64,000 nucleotides of DNA from Takakia lepidozioides (Eukaryota > Plantae > Bryophyta). Below, in pieces: positions 10,804-23,125 of the stretch. Position 1 is the stretch's first letter. Every line of letters begins with the position of its first letter. The position numbers were made by a program, and so were the translations under genes. Below the pieces are notes generated by a model. The model made no database searches. It worked only from the letters and a program-made list of their open reading frames with translations, and had not been told where the DNA came from. The DNA lies in NCBI GenBank assembly GCA_030704615.1, contig CM060734.1:19096001-19160000 (forward strand). The letters are read 5' to 3'.

Positions 10804-13800
10804 ATGAGCCAGAATTACCTGCACAGGGTATTTTCCAAGAAACAAAATCAAGAATTTACAGGGATTCTGAGCGCAAGAGTCGGCGTCGTTCCAAGTAACG
10901 GGCGCCTCGATGGGAGAGACAATCAAAGCTATAGCTTTGAAGCTATGGCGGAAATAACAGACTACACGCTCGCCTTACTACTTACGCAGTGGCACAAGGG
11001 CAGACGAACGGAGAGCACATTTTCTCTAAGTCGATACTTGCAAGCCCCATAGGCTTACAAGCACTTACCCATTGCATTCTGCGCCAACCATACTTTTATG
11101 CTTTGTGCCCTGCAGGCGTTTCTTCAATTGTTGCAACCAAAACCTTTCTGTTTGTCTAGAATGAAGAGAGTGAGAGGAATGGAGGATATCAGGATGAAGA
11201 GCACCACAATCTTACAGAAGCAAACGATTGTTGCACCATAGGCGGTGCAGCTACTGAAGGAGCTGCGATTGGAAGGATTGCTACGCAAGGACTGGTTCTT
11301 GCATCATCGGCAGTTCATGATACAATTTCTTCAGAACTTTGAGCCTCGGACAGGAGTTACTCAGGTGAGGGGAGTAGATATAGAAATTACTCCCCAGTAC
11401 CTGCAGCAATTGTTTGATTTGCCATCAGGACATGTGGAAGTACATGAGCACAGGGCAAGATTACAGATAGGGAATCTGTTCCAAGAAGGGAGTTTCTTTA
11501 AAACTCAAGGTTTTGCTTGTACCAAAGCCGAGTACCCAGGGCTTAGGGAAGTTGGCCAAATCTTGAACGTTTTTTTTGCCATGAAACAGAACCAGCAAGA
11601 GTTGAGCAGGTCCTTCACAAAGGAGATCCTGAAAGCTTTGAGGGGAGAGGATGTCGCTTGGGCGGAGTTAATGTACAACGGATTGGTGGACGAGATGAAG
11701 AGGTTACAGGGCACTGCTGCAAAGTCTCTGATCATTGTGTCTGGACCAATCATTGCTCAAATAATTATTGATTCTTGCATACTTGATATTCGGGAAAGAA
11801 AGGAGATGGGAATGTTTGAGGCAGAAACCACTGCAATTGAAGAGCAAGGCTCTTCACACAGTGAGGGTGGACTGGCAGCGCAACACCAGTCTAAGAGACA
11901 GAGGCGGGGAAAGATTGTAGTGGCGGATCCACTGGCTTCACGGAAACCGCATGATAATGTTTCCCAAGCTCTTGTGCAGGAAGGGGCACAGCAGCACAGA
12001 GAGCTGCTACTATTGGAAGCAGGGCCTTCAGAGAGGGAAGAGGAAGTCACTTCGATACCACAGCCACCACAAACCAATTGACTCTGTTGTTGGAGGTTCC
12101 ACAACTAGTATATGCTGTGGCATCACCACCAATTGCTCAGGAAGGAGAAAGGTTGGACATTCCCACTACAAAGCAGGTCGTGGCCGAAATTGAGAAGGGT
12201 GACCTTCTCTATGAAAACTCTGGCTTGGTAAGGGAAACAATGATTCCAAAGGTGCAGCGGTTGTCCAGGGGAAACCCTGCTGTGCATGTAATACCCACAC
12301 TTGTGACGGAGGTACCAGGGGTAGAATATCAAGACACTGCAGCACCTGTAGCGGATTGATTCAGGAAGAAAATCTGGTGGGGCAATGGCCTGAATGGTTC
12401 GTGAGGCATCACACTATTGAGGATCAGGGAGAACACCAGCAAGTTCACCATGATGACCCTCAGCAGGCCATGCTTATGAGTTCCATAAGCAGGACACTTA
12501 ATTTGTTGGGCACTTATGTCAAATCCCATGTTCCATCTACCCAATTGGCAGATTTGAGGGAGGAACTCAGGAAGGAGTTTGAGGCTCGACTTGTCACTGA
12601 GTGTGCAAACAAGGTTGATGAGGAGGTCACTCTCAAGTTACAGCAAGAGTTAGAGGATACAATAGCTGCTTTGCAGTTGGCCAAGGAACATTTGATTGAA
12701 GCAGGCCTCGCGCAGGTCCAGTTGCACGAAGCACATAAGCAACAGCTATACCAAATACAGGTGAAGCATGAGACCAAGTTGCAAGAAGTGAATGCACTAC
12801 ATACGGAGTTGCAGGCAGTACATAAAAGGATGGCCATACAATGTGCTACACTCACAACTACTCTTCAGCAAACTACATTAGAAGTTAACAGACAAGCAGA
12901 GAGATGTATCAAGGCAGAGGCAGAGAATGTCGAGCAGACAAAACTCATTGTTGATATAAAGAATACAATCTGTCGCAATGAGAATACTTTCAAGCAATAC
13001 AGGCAGGTTGAAGCTGACCAAGAGAGATACATCCTGGAATTGCAACAAACGGTCATGGCCAATAGAAATGAACTCTCTGTCGCTAACAAGGCTTGGAAGG
13101 AAGCCAATAATCTGGTTGCTGTCTATGCGAGTTTGGTTGAACCTCATGCAAAACGCATGGAGGCTTTACAGCAGCAGTTAGATATGTACAAACTCAGAGA
13201 GGAGCAGACTCTCAGGGGTGCCACAAGCAACTTGGTGGATAACCACCTTATGCAGGTCTGGTTAGCACAAGGACCGGTGGAAGACAAAGCACCACGGAAG
13301 CTCACCCAGGGCGAGATGAATGAGCTAAGACTGCAGGTGCAAAACATTGCCACAACTACTATGACAATGTCTATAGTAGGATAGCGGAACTACAGGAGGA
13401 TGTAGACGGCCTGTAGACTCAGGTGGAGGACCTGACTTCAAATATTGACAAGATAGTCTTTGTACGTGAGGAGCAACTGATGGCATCTTATTTGCAAGCC
13501 AGAACTCTAATTTTTCAGTCTTCTTCGCAAGGGGTGCAGGAGATGCCAATGGTGGAAGGGCCAGTATTACCAATACAACAATAAGTGACTGTGCCGGTAG
13601 CTGACCCTGTTGTTACTACAGCCACACCACAGCCGCCACAGCCTGAGGTATGGGGGGATGCTGCTTTTAACCCACCTAGGACTCTTGCTGCACGGGAGTA
13701 CAGTCGGGCTATGATTATGCCCTTCAACCAAATTCCCATTGTGTTGGATTTGGCTTGGAAGGAACTTAGTCATCCGCAGTCGTTGGCACATTACTACCAG

Positions 13801-14709
13801 ATCATGCGCATTTGGCTGCCAGTGGCAACTAGGACTAAGGTTCTTCCAAACAATCGACCCATTGACGATCATCACTTTGCGAGGTACTGGCATGAAGCAA
13901 GTACTATGTTGAAGGAATTAATTGCCTTACAGGTTGTACATGGGTACATTTATACCAAGACCAAGGAGGTAGCAAGTATTGTCATGGGCTGCGGGTTATA
14001 CTATGTTGCTTGTTTTCTGGCACGTTATCACATTGAGCAGCAGAAGATGCAATCGCGATTTCTGAGTTATTCCAGTGGGGATCATTGGGTCTTACCTTCA
14101 GTGCCACCTCATATGTACCTATATGATGCAAAGGTTATGATGCAGAAGGATTCCCAACTTCGTTCATGGTTTCATTCGGCTTGGAACAATTTGACAACAC
14201 AGAAATTTGGCCCTGACGATATTTTCTTTTAGGGCCATGAGGCATGGAAATACTTGCACTGTTCCCAAGTCATTGACACCACTCACCTATACGGACAAGG
14301 AGTTCAGGGTGTTCACCAATTTTGCCATTAAGAGCTTACAGCAGGTTGTACAGTGTAAACTTCCAAACATGGTGGGACCACATTGTATGCCCCAACAGAT
14401 TCCAGTTGAGTTCGACCGTTAAAACACCTGAGGGGCGACGAAGACTCTGATACTACTGTTTCTTCAGTGGACTCTTTTGACATGGCAGAGGACTACGCAA
14501 TTCAGATGGCAGAGAAGAAACGGCGGGGATCTCCTATGCCTGAGAGGTTACCACGATATCAGCCAAAGGAGGGACTGACATTTCCAGGTAGTGCTCAATC
14601 ATCTCCGTCAACCAGTGAAAGAACTTGGGCTCGCACACGGAGTCCTTCACGAGACTCTCACCGTCAGAAGGGTGCTCGCTCACAAAGGTTTGCTAATCCC
14701 AAACAGTAA
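10804..14709 (+). pseudogene. Additional retrotransposon ORF (aORF) copy A: plant-transposon/PMD-like N-terminal domain, long coiled coil, conserved C-terminal domain of unknown function
   Basis: Pieces 10639-11052, 11245-12081, 12078-12359, 12356-13384, 13585-14232 and 14467-14709 are collinear with homologous ORFs at 16150-19070(-), 29587-32097 and 57461-60572. FMIQFLQNF..QVRGVDIEITPQYLQQLFDLPSG and LRGEDVAWAELMY..GPIIAQII resemble Transposase_32/PMD-type patterns. Confidence 0.75.
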
Positions 14710-14748
14710 ACCGTGAGGACACGGCTTTTTGAGAGGGGGAGGGGTAAA

Positions 14749-15150
14749 TGTTAGAGGGCTGCTTGGGACTTAGATGCTTTTACCGGTTCTTTGGGGTACC
14801 CTTAATTTTTGCGCAGAGTGAGACCAACAGGAGCCTTAGGGGTGACAGCAGTGGGCTTTAGGGGGGGGTTACACAGCCCGACACAACCCGTCACAGCCAG
14901 ACACAGCCGACACAGCCTGACACAGCCCGACACAGCCCGACACAGCCGTCACAGCCAATCACAGCCGACACAGCCTGACACAGCCTGACACAGCTTCGCA
15001 CGGCCGCCACAGCCCGTCACAGCCAACACAGCCTGACACAGCCAGTCACAGCCCGTCACAGCCAACTCAGCCGACACAGCCAGTCACAGCTCGGCACAGC
15101 TTGACACAGCCTGTCACAGTACATGAGGAACAGTTATCAATGGCAGGGAA
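14749..15150 (+). repeat. 3' LTR of element A, left part (includes CACAGCC-type minisatellite ~14870-15120)
   Basis: TG start directly after the PPT; homologous to 16110-15741(-) and to 60635-61050. Confidence 0.85.
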
Positions 15151-16110
15151 TGTCGAGCGGCTTTTACTCACCCATCCCTTTGCTATCCGACGTGGGAACT
15201 CCAAGATAGAAGAGTTGGAAATCTCTAAGCACTCAGCCCGCTCAGAACAATCAGTCATGACCTACAGCTAGTGTATCATGGGGGTGTTTCCTATTTGTAC
15301 TCCTTCTCACATTCATGTTAGCGAGTTACCTTACTATCTGCAATTAAGTATCAGTTTGCTTCAGAAATCTATCAAGTTCCATCCATTCATTCCACAGCTT
15401 CACTCAGGTCTCTCTACACAGTGTGAGTATGAAGTATGTATCAGATTAATATCTATCAAGTATCAGGCTGAAGCCATGGTGTCTCTAATCTACTTGGCAT
15501 TACAATTCTACAGCTTGCATTCATCAAGTAACAACAGATCGTCACTTCCCTTACTCAAAGATGTGCTCTCCCTTCTATTTCCCCAAGCCCTGATGTCCGA
15601 AATCCCCTCCCGTGAAGTGATGTCTCGACGTCCCCGCTCTTCGCTTTTTCTACCTACAAGCTGTTCTAACCGCTTTCCTAACTAACCGTCATCCCTGTAG
15701 TACATGTTCCTTTTTCAGATGTCGTTCCCCCACCGTCGTTCCCTGCCAATGATAACTGTTCTCCAGCTGTGCCGAGCTGTGACTGGCTGTATCAGGCTGT
15801 GGCGGGCTGTGACTGGCTGTGTCGGGCTGTGTAGGGCTGTGCGAAGCTGTGGCGGCTGTATCGGGCTGTGTCGGACTGTGACGGGCTGTGTTGGCTGTGT
15901 TGGCTGTGCGAAGCTGTGACGGGCTGTGTTGGACTGTGACGGGCTGTGACGGCTGTGTCGGGCTGTGATGGACTGTGTCGGACTGTGTATCTTCCCCTTA
16001 AAGCCTGTTGCTGTCACCCCTAAGGCTCATTTTTGTCTCAGTCTGTGTAAAAATTAAGGGTACCCCACAGATCCCGTAAAAGCGTCTAAGTCCCAAGCAG
16101 CCCTCTAACA
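15151..16110 (-). repeat. Complete 3' LTR of element B (960 bp)
   Basis: Reads TGTTAGAGGGCTGCTTGGGAC...AAAAGCCGCTCGACA on the minus strand. The PPT lies immediately upstream (16111-16128) and the minisatellite at ~15765-15990. Confidence 0.9.
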
Positions 16111-16149
16111 TTTACCCCTCCCCCTCTCAAAAAGCCGTGTCCTCTCGGT

Positions 16150-19070
16150 TTACTGTTTGGGATTAGCAAACCTTTGTGAGCGAGTACCCTTGTGACGTTG
16201 AGAGTCTCGTGAAGGACTTCGTGTGTGAGCCCGTGTCCTGTCACTGGTTGAGGGAGATGATTGAGCACTACCTGGAAATGTCAGTCCTTCCTTTGGCTGA
16301 TATCGAGGTAATCTTTCAGGCATAGGAGACCCCCGTCGCTTCTTCTCTGCCATCTGAATTGCATAGTCCTCTGCCATGTCAAAAGAGTCCGCTGAAGAAA
16401 CAGTAGTATCAGAATCCTCGTCCCCCCTGAGGTGTTTTAACGGTCGAACTCTAACTGGAATTCTCTGGGGCATACAATGTTGTCCCACCATGTCTAGAAG
16501 TTTAAACTGCAAAACTTGCTGTAAGTGCTTAATGGCAAAATTGGTGAAGACCCTGAGCTCTTTGTCTGTCCAGGTGAGTGGGGTACCAATGACTTGTGAA
16601 TTGTGCAAGTTTTTCCATGCCTCATGGCCTTTAAAGAAAATATCGTCAGGCCTGAATTTCTGTGTTGACAAATTGTTCCAGGCCGTATGAAACCATGAAC
16701 GAATTTGAGAATCCTTTTGCATCATAACTTTTGCCTCATACAGGTACATATGAGGTGGCACTGCAGGTAAGATCCAATGATCCCCACTGGAATAACTCAG
16801 AAAGCGCGATTGCATCTTCTGCTGCTCAATGTGATAACGTGCCAGAAAACAAGCAGCGTAGTATAACCCGCAGCCCATGAGAATACTTGTTACTTCCTTG
16901 GTCTTGGTATAAATGAATCCATGTACAACTTGGAAGGCAATTAATTCCTTCAACATGGTACTTGCCTCATGCCAGTACCTCGCAAAGTGATGATCCTCTA
17001 TTGGTCGATTGTTTGGAAGAACCCTAGTCCTAGTTGCCACTGGCAGCCAAATGCGTATGATCTGATAGTAATGTGCCAACGACTGCGGAGGACTAAATTC
17101 CTTCCAAGCCAAATCCAACACAATGGGAATTTGGTTGAAGGGCATAATCATAGCCCGACTGTACTCCCGTGCAGCAAGAGTCCTAGGTGGGTTAAAAACA
17201 GCATCCCCCCATACCTCAGGCTGTGGCGGCTGTGGTGTAGCTGTAGTAACAACAGGGTCAGCAACTGTCACAGTCACTTGTTGTGGTATTGGTATCACTG
17301 GCTCTTGTACCACTGGCATCTCCTGTGAAGAAGACTGAAAAGCTACAGTTCTGGCTTGTAAATATGAAGCCATCAGCTGCTCCTCAGGTATAAAGACTCT
17401 TTTGTTAATATTTGATGTCAGGTCCTCCACCTGAGTCTGCAGGCCATCTACATCCTCTTGTAGCTCCGCTATCCTACTATAGACATTGTCTATAGTAGTT
17501 GTGGCAATGTTCTACACCTGCAGCCTGAGTTCATTCATCTCACCTTGGGTGAGCTTCCGTGGTGCTTTGCCTTCCACCGGTCCTTGTGCTAACCAGACCT
17601 GCAGAAGGTGGTTATCCACCAAATTGGTTGTGGTACCTCTGAGAGTCTGCTCCTCTCTGAGTTTGTACATATCTAACTGTTGTTGTAAAGCCTTCATGCG
17701 TTTTGCATGAGGTTCAACCAAACTCGCATAGGCAGCATATTATTGGCTTCCTTCCAAGCCTTGTTAGTGACAGAGAGTTCATTTCTATTGGCCATGACCA
17801 TTTGTTGCAATTTTCAGGATGTACCTCTCTTGGTCAGCTTCAACCTGCCTGTATTGCTTGAAAGTATTCTCATTGCGACAGATTGTATTCTTCATATCAA
17901 TAATGAGTTTTGTTTGCTCGAGATTATCTGTCTGTGCCTTTATACATCTTTCCGCTTGGCTGCTAACTTCTAATGTAGTTTGCTCAAGCGTAGTTGTGAG
18001 TGTAGCACATTGTATGGCCATCCTGTCATGCACTGTCTGCAACTCCGTATGTAGTGCATTCACTTCTTACAAGTTGTTCTCATGCTTCACCTGCATTTGG
18101 TATAGCTGTTGTTTATGTGCTTCGTGCAACTGGTCCTGCGCGAGGCCTGCTTCAATCAAATGTTCCTTGGCCAATTGCAAAGCAGCTGTTGTATCCTCTA
18201 ACTCTTGTTGTAATTTGAGAGTGACCTCATCATCGACCTTGTTTGCACATTCAGTGGCAAGTCGAGCCTCAAACTCCTTCCTGAGTTCCTTCCTCAAAGC
18301 TGCCAATTGGGTAGATGGAACATGGGATTTGACATAAGTGCCCAACAAATTAAGTGTCCTGCTTATGGAACTCATAAGCATGGCCTGTTGAGGGTCATCA
18401 TGGTGAACTTGCTGCTGTTCTCCCTGATCCTCAACAGTGTGATGCCTCACGAACCATTCAGGCCATTGCCCCCACCAGATTTTTTTTCTTGAACCACCTC
18501 ATCCGCTACAGGTGCTGCAGTGTCTTGACATTCAACCTGTGGTACCTCCGTCAGAGGTGTGGGTATTACAACAACAGCAGGGTTTCCCCTGGACAACCGC
18601 TGCACCTCCGGAATCACTGTTTCCCTAATCAAACCAGAATTTTCATAGAGAAGGTCCCCCTTCTCAATTTCTGCCACCACCTATTCTGTAGTAGGGATAT
18701 CTAACCCTTCTTTCTCAAAATCAATTATTTGTGGTGGAATTGCATGGACAACTTGTGGTAACTCTGTGACAAGCCGATCATCTGGCTGTGATGGCTGTGA
18801 TACTGAAATAACCTCCTGTTCTCTCTCCACAGGTTACGTTGTTTGTACCCACATCTCTCTGTGCTGATGTGCCCCCTCTTGCACAAGAGTATGAGTAACT
18901 TCTTCCTCTGGCTGTCTCGTAGTCAATGGTTTTGCTTCTAATGTGATTGTTTTCCTCTGCCTCTTAGGCTGTTGATGCTCTACCAATCCCCCTTCACCCT
19001 GTGAAGAACCTTGCTCTTCTATGGCAGTGGTTGCTGTCTCAAACACTCCCATCTCCTTCCTTTCTCTCGC
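16150..19070 (-). pseudogene. aORF copy B (N-terminus deleted)
   Basis: ORFs 16150-17430, 17512-17721, 17785-18063, 18067-18450 and 18447-18680 are collinear homologues of copies A and D. Confidence 0.8.
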
Positions 19071-19071
19071 A

Positions 19072-22000
19072 TCACATAAGCACCCCAGTCTGTGATGAAA
19101 GCTGTCTTTCCCTGGATTATAACCACTGAAGCCATCCATGAATGAGTACATCTCATGGCCTGCCACAGTGTCCAATACTGCTTCTGTGAATGGTAAAGGG
19201 AAAGGATCTTTCTTCGTACAAGCATTCAGCTTCTTGTAGTTCACACAAACTCTGAGTTTCCCATTCTTCTTAGGAACTATCACAATGGGTGACAAACAAG
19301 TCGTATACTTTATCGGGTATATAAACTTAGCCTCAGCCAACTTCTTGATCTCTTCTCCAACCTTCTGTGCATAGTTGGGATTCATTCTGTACCTTGTCTG
19401 CTTGATTGGTACTGACCCTGATTCCAGTTCAATCTTATGCTGACAGATTTCAGGTGGTATCCCTTTTAGATCCTCGTAGCTCCAAGCAAATACATCTTTG
19501 TATTTGATGAACAAACTCTTAGCTTCTTCAAAGAATTCTGGCTCCAAATCAGCTCCTACCTTCACCATCCTCGGTTCCTCTTCAGTTCCCACATTCACTT
19601 CCCTCACTTGCTCATCAGCTGTGATTGTCCAACCAGTCACCACTTCATCCAGTAAACTCACAATGGTTGGTTGGTTCCTCTAGGATTTCCATTTCTCCTT
19701 CTCTTTCTTCATAGAAATGTGATGGGTAACTGCTGGTCTCCTCTTCAATTGGTGTTGCTGACACTACACCATAGCATATACCTCTTAAACAACTTAGGCC
19801 TTCCAGCCGCAGCTCTGCAACCTGCTCCCACTCTGGGTGTGCAGCGAATAGGGTAGCTTCTTGCTCCTCATCCAGTCCTCCCCTCCAGTCATACTCTCTG
19901 ACCCCTCGAGGTCTTCTCGTAGCAAGTAATCTACTAGATTTCTTAGTGGTAATTTGTATCTCGTGCATCCCATTATGCACAGTTAGTAACTGAGAATTCC
20001 AGTCATGGAATACCCTGGCATGTTTCAGCCACGGACGTCCCAATAATAAGGAGTAAGCCTCCATGACTTCATCCATCTTCAACACAGTTACTGTGATCAT
20101 AAAGATCATCTTCTGTATCTGTATCTTAACTCCTCTTATCAATCCCAATGGCTGTACACTTCTTTGATCTGCCATTGTTACTGTAAATGGGGCTGGTTTC
20201 ATGTTACTTAGACCAAGCTTCTTCCTTAATTGGTCTGTCATGATATTTACTCCAGAGCCTCCATCTATCAGTACATCAGTTAGTTCTGTGCTTCCAATTC
20301 TCAATTGGATTACTGGCATAGAATCATCAAAGTCCATAACTGTTTCTCGCCCTTCCGGCTTCACATTATAACTGGTCACCTTGCTGTTCAGGTCTGTGTT
20401 TCCTGTTACATGGGCAATTCGATTGATTGCTTGATACAGCCTGTGTCTACAATAAGGTGCCATAGCCAATAGCTGTCCAATGGTAATTTCTGCTTTGGTC
20501 TGGCATATTACTTCAGCCAAAGTCCCTTCATTACTTTGCATGTCTACAACTTCTTTCTTCCTTTCATCCTCACTCACTTCTTCTTCTCCATCAGAATCAG
20601 AGGAATCTGCCACAGGAATATCAGTACTCTTCTGCATTTCCCTTATGGTATCTGCCACTTCCTTGTGCAGTTCCTTTTCATCTCTCCAAGCCTCATCATC
20701 TTCAGGCATATCACTGCCATCTTCATTATCATCATCTTCCTCAACTACTGGAGGTATTAGTTTGGCTTTGCTTCTTGTTACTATCATTGTACTTACTTCT
20801 GGTACAACACATGGCCTAACCATGTGAGCTGCCACCACTGGTTCCTCAGTCACAGGAGCTCTCATCTCATTCTGGTGTCTAATCCAGAACGAACAGGCTG
20901 CCTTGCGATGTCCTGGCTGATTACAATAGTAACACAGTTCTTCACCATTGGGTCCTCGCCCTTGGTCTGCTCTTGGATTATTTCTGTAATCCTGATTCCC
21001 TGGCTGGTAATTCCCCCTTGGATTACCCTGATAGTTGCCTCTAGAATTTCCTTTGTAATTCCCTCTTGAATTACCTCTCCCTTCCATGCCATTGTTATAA
21101 CCACCAGGCCTACCATAGTGGTCCTGATCATTGTTTCTTCTCGGCTGGGGCTGCACTTGATGCACCCTTATTTGTCTAGGTTCTCTCGCTGCTGTCCTTC
21201 TGTTGTAGTAACAATTCTCAGTAGAATGGGTATCCATTTTACAGATAGTACAGTGTTTCTCCTTCATGTGGCATTCAGTGGTGTTATGGCCTTCATTCTG
21301 GCACTTTGCAAACCAAACACCCTTCCTCCAATGTGTTGCAGCCTCTGCGGTATACTTCTTCAAGATTTCTTCTAATCTTTTCTCATAGTTATCCCTCTTC
21401 AACTTCTCCTTTCTCTTACTCTTCCTTTTCAGTTCTTGCTCTTCTTCTTTATCTCACTCATCCTCAGAGTCCTCATCATCCCTTTTCTCTCTCCTGAGCA
21501 TTCCCAATTGCTCAATTCTGTTTGCTGTTTCAAATGCCTCCTCCACTGTATTATGGGGTAACATATCCACTTTCTTCTGCAACTCTGGTCTTCGTCCACT
21601 CACAAACCAAGTCTTCTGTAAACCTGGTGCTGGTATAGCAGCCAGCTTTTTCATCATCAATTCCATCTTTTCCATATACTCCTCAACAGTTTCATGCTTC
21701 TTTTGCTTTAACTGTTGTAAACTTCCATACACTTCATCCTCAGTTTTACTTGTCCTGAACCTATTTCGGAATGCTGTATTCAAGCCATTCCAGGTTAGGA
21801 AATGATTATCAGGGAATCTTGCATACCATTCACTTGCTTTCTTGATAAGTGAACAAGGAAACAATCTCATCTTGGCATCATCGCCATTCTCATTGTTCAC
21901 TATACACATGTGCTCAAATTGGCTAATGTGTACATCGGGATCCCCTTTTCCTGAATATATTGGAAAAGGTGGTTTTGCCCGTGCTGGTTGTAACGCCATC

Positions 22001-22498
22001 TGTGGCCCTACCTTCTGCCCACTGACAGGTGCTGGCACCCTTGCTGGTGCTGGTCCTTGAGGACCTGTTGTAGTTGTGGTGGATCTTCCACCAAGTGGTG
22101 GCCCCTGAGCACTCCTTGCTACTGGCCCCACGATATTCACAGTATTCCCAGCTCCAGTTGCACTACTTCCCACACTCCCTGTCCCCCCAGAGCCAGATCC
22201 AGGCAACCCGCCTGATCCCCCTGAGCCGACACCTTCGTTGGCCTGTGATCCAAGTGCTCCACTTGATCCAAGTCCAACGGGTTGGGATGTCCTGGTTGTA
22301 GTCTCAACCTCAGCTGTTGGGTCTACTTCTTCATACTCTTCCTCTTCCAATTTCTTCTCTCTGTTTTCATCCTCCAAGTTCTGCCCTTGGGTTTCTTCTT
22401 CACTCATGTAACTCAACTGCAACGGTGTTGGAGAGTCTGAACTCTCCGTTGGCTCTGCCACATCCTCTCCTCCTTCTTCACCTTCCGCTTCAGAAACT
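19072..22498 (-). pseudogene. gag-protease-RT(partial) of element B
   Basis: Retrotrans_gag-like YSGKGDPDVHISQFE..LFPCSLIKKASEWY..LQQLKQKKHETVEEY, CYYCNQPGHRKAAC, aspartic protease DGGS and RT motifs. Frameshifts near 21430 and 19650; a 23-nt deletion in RT relative to 63260-63282. Confidence 0.9.
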
Positions 22499-22525
22499 AG
22501 TCCCAAGCAGCCCTCTAACAGGGAA

Positions 22526-23125
22526 CGACTGTGAGGGAACGACATCTGCAGAAGGAACGTGATACTTCGGGGATAACGGTTAATTAGTTAGGTGGTTAGA
22601 ACAGCTTGGGGGGCAGATAAGGGGGGCGGCAACGGAAAGAATGACACTTCACGGGGGAGCGCTTGATGGTCATGGAGGAGAGGAGATCAGGCGGAGAGCA
22701 AGAACGAGAGCACGGAGTAGGAGGAGAGATGAACAGTAGATGCTTTACTTCATGTAGAGCTGTAGTGATACTGTAGGGTGGATTATAGTCACTTGACATT
22801 GGCCTAGTACCTGATATATCATAATCTGATACTTATTCGATACAAGCACATTGTGTAGATAGACATGAGTGAAGCTGTGAAATGAATGCATGATTAACTG
22901 GAACTAAGAAGATACTGAAGCAAACTGATGCTTCAGTATCAGATAAGGTAAATTGTTAACATGAAGGCAAGAAGTAATACAAAGGGGATTCACAACCATG
23001 ATTCACTAGCTGCAGGTCATGACTGATTGTACTGAGCGGGCTGAGTGCTTAGAGATATCTAACTCTTCTATCTTGGAGTTTCCACCTCGGATAGCGAAGG
23101 GATGGTGAGTAAAAGCCGTTCGACA
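22526..23125 (+). repeat. 3' LTR of element A, right part
   Basis: Continues the LTR sequence (..GGCAGGGAA|CGACTGTGAGGGAACGAC..) and ends with the same GTGAGTAAAAGCCG..GACA terminus as 61625-61645. Confidence 0.85.

Larger units (their letters stand above)
15151..22520 (-). mobile_element. Ty3/gypsy element B (Athila/Tat-like non-chromovirus), internally deleted, inserted in reverse into the LTR of A; 5-bp TSD GGGAA
   Basis: GGGAA at 15146-15150 and 22521-22525. Minus-strand termini are TG...CA. gag 22545-21454 and 21402-~20400 has three CCHC-like knuckles, followed by protease VLIDGGSGVNI, the RT N-half (LSPIVIVPKKNGKLRVCV, DGFSGYN), a deletion junction at ~19072 into the aORF, the PPT and the 3' LTR. 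Confidence 0.9.
10736..23125 (+). mobile_element. Ty3/gypsy element A: 3' fragment (extra ORF + PPT + 3' LTR), interrupted by element B
   Basis: Extra ORF ~10804-14709 with stops and frameshifts. PPT GAGAGGGGGAGGGGTAAA at 14731-14748. The LTR starts TGTTAGAGGG at 14749, breaks at 15150, resumes at 22526 and ends AAAAGCCGTTCGACA at 23125. Confidence 0.85.

Noticed and set aside
10804-14709. aORF as a retroviral-type envelope or a host SMC/myosin gene
   Set aside because: No signal peptide or clear TM anchor, coiled-coil similarity is non-specific, and wherever its 3' end survives it sits just before a PPT/LTR.
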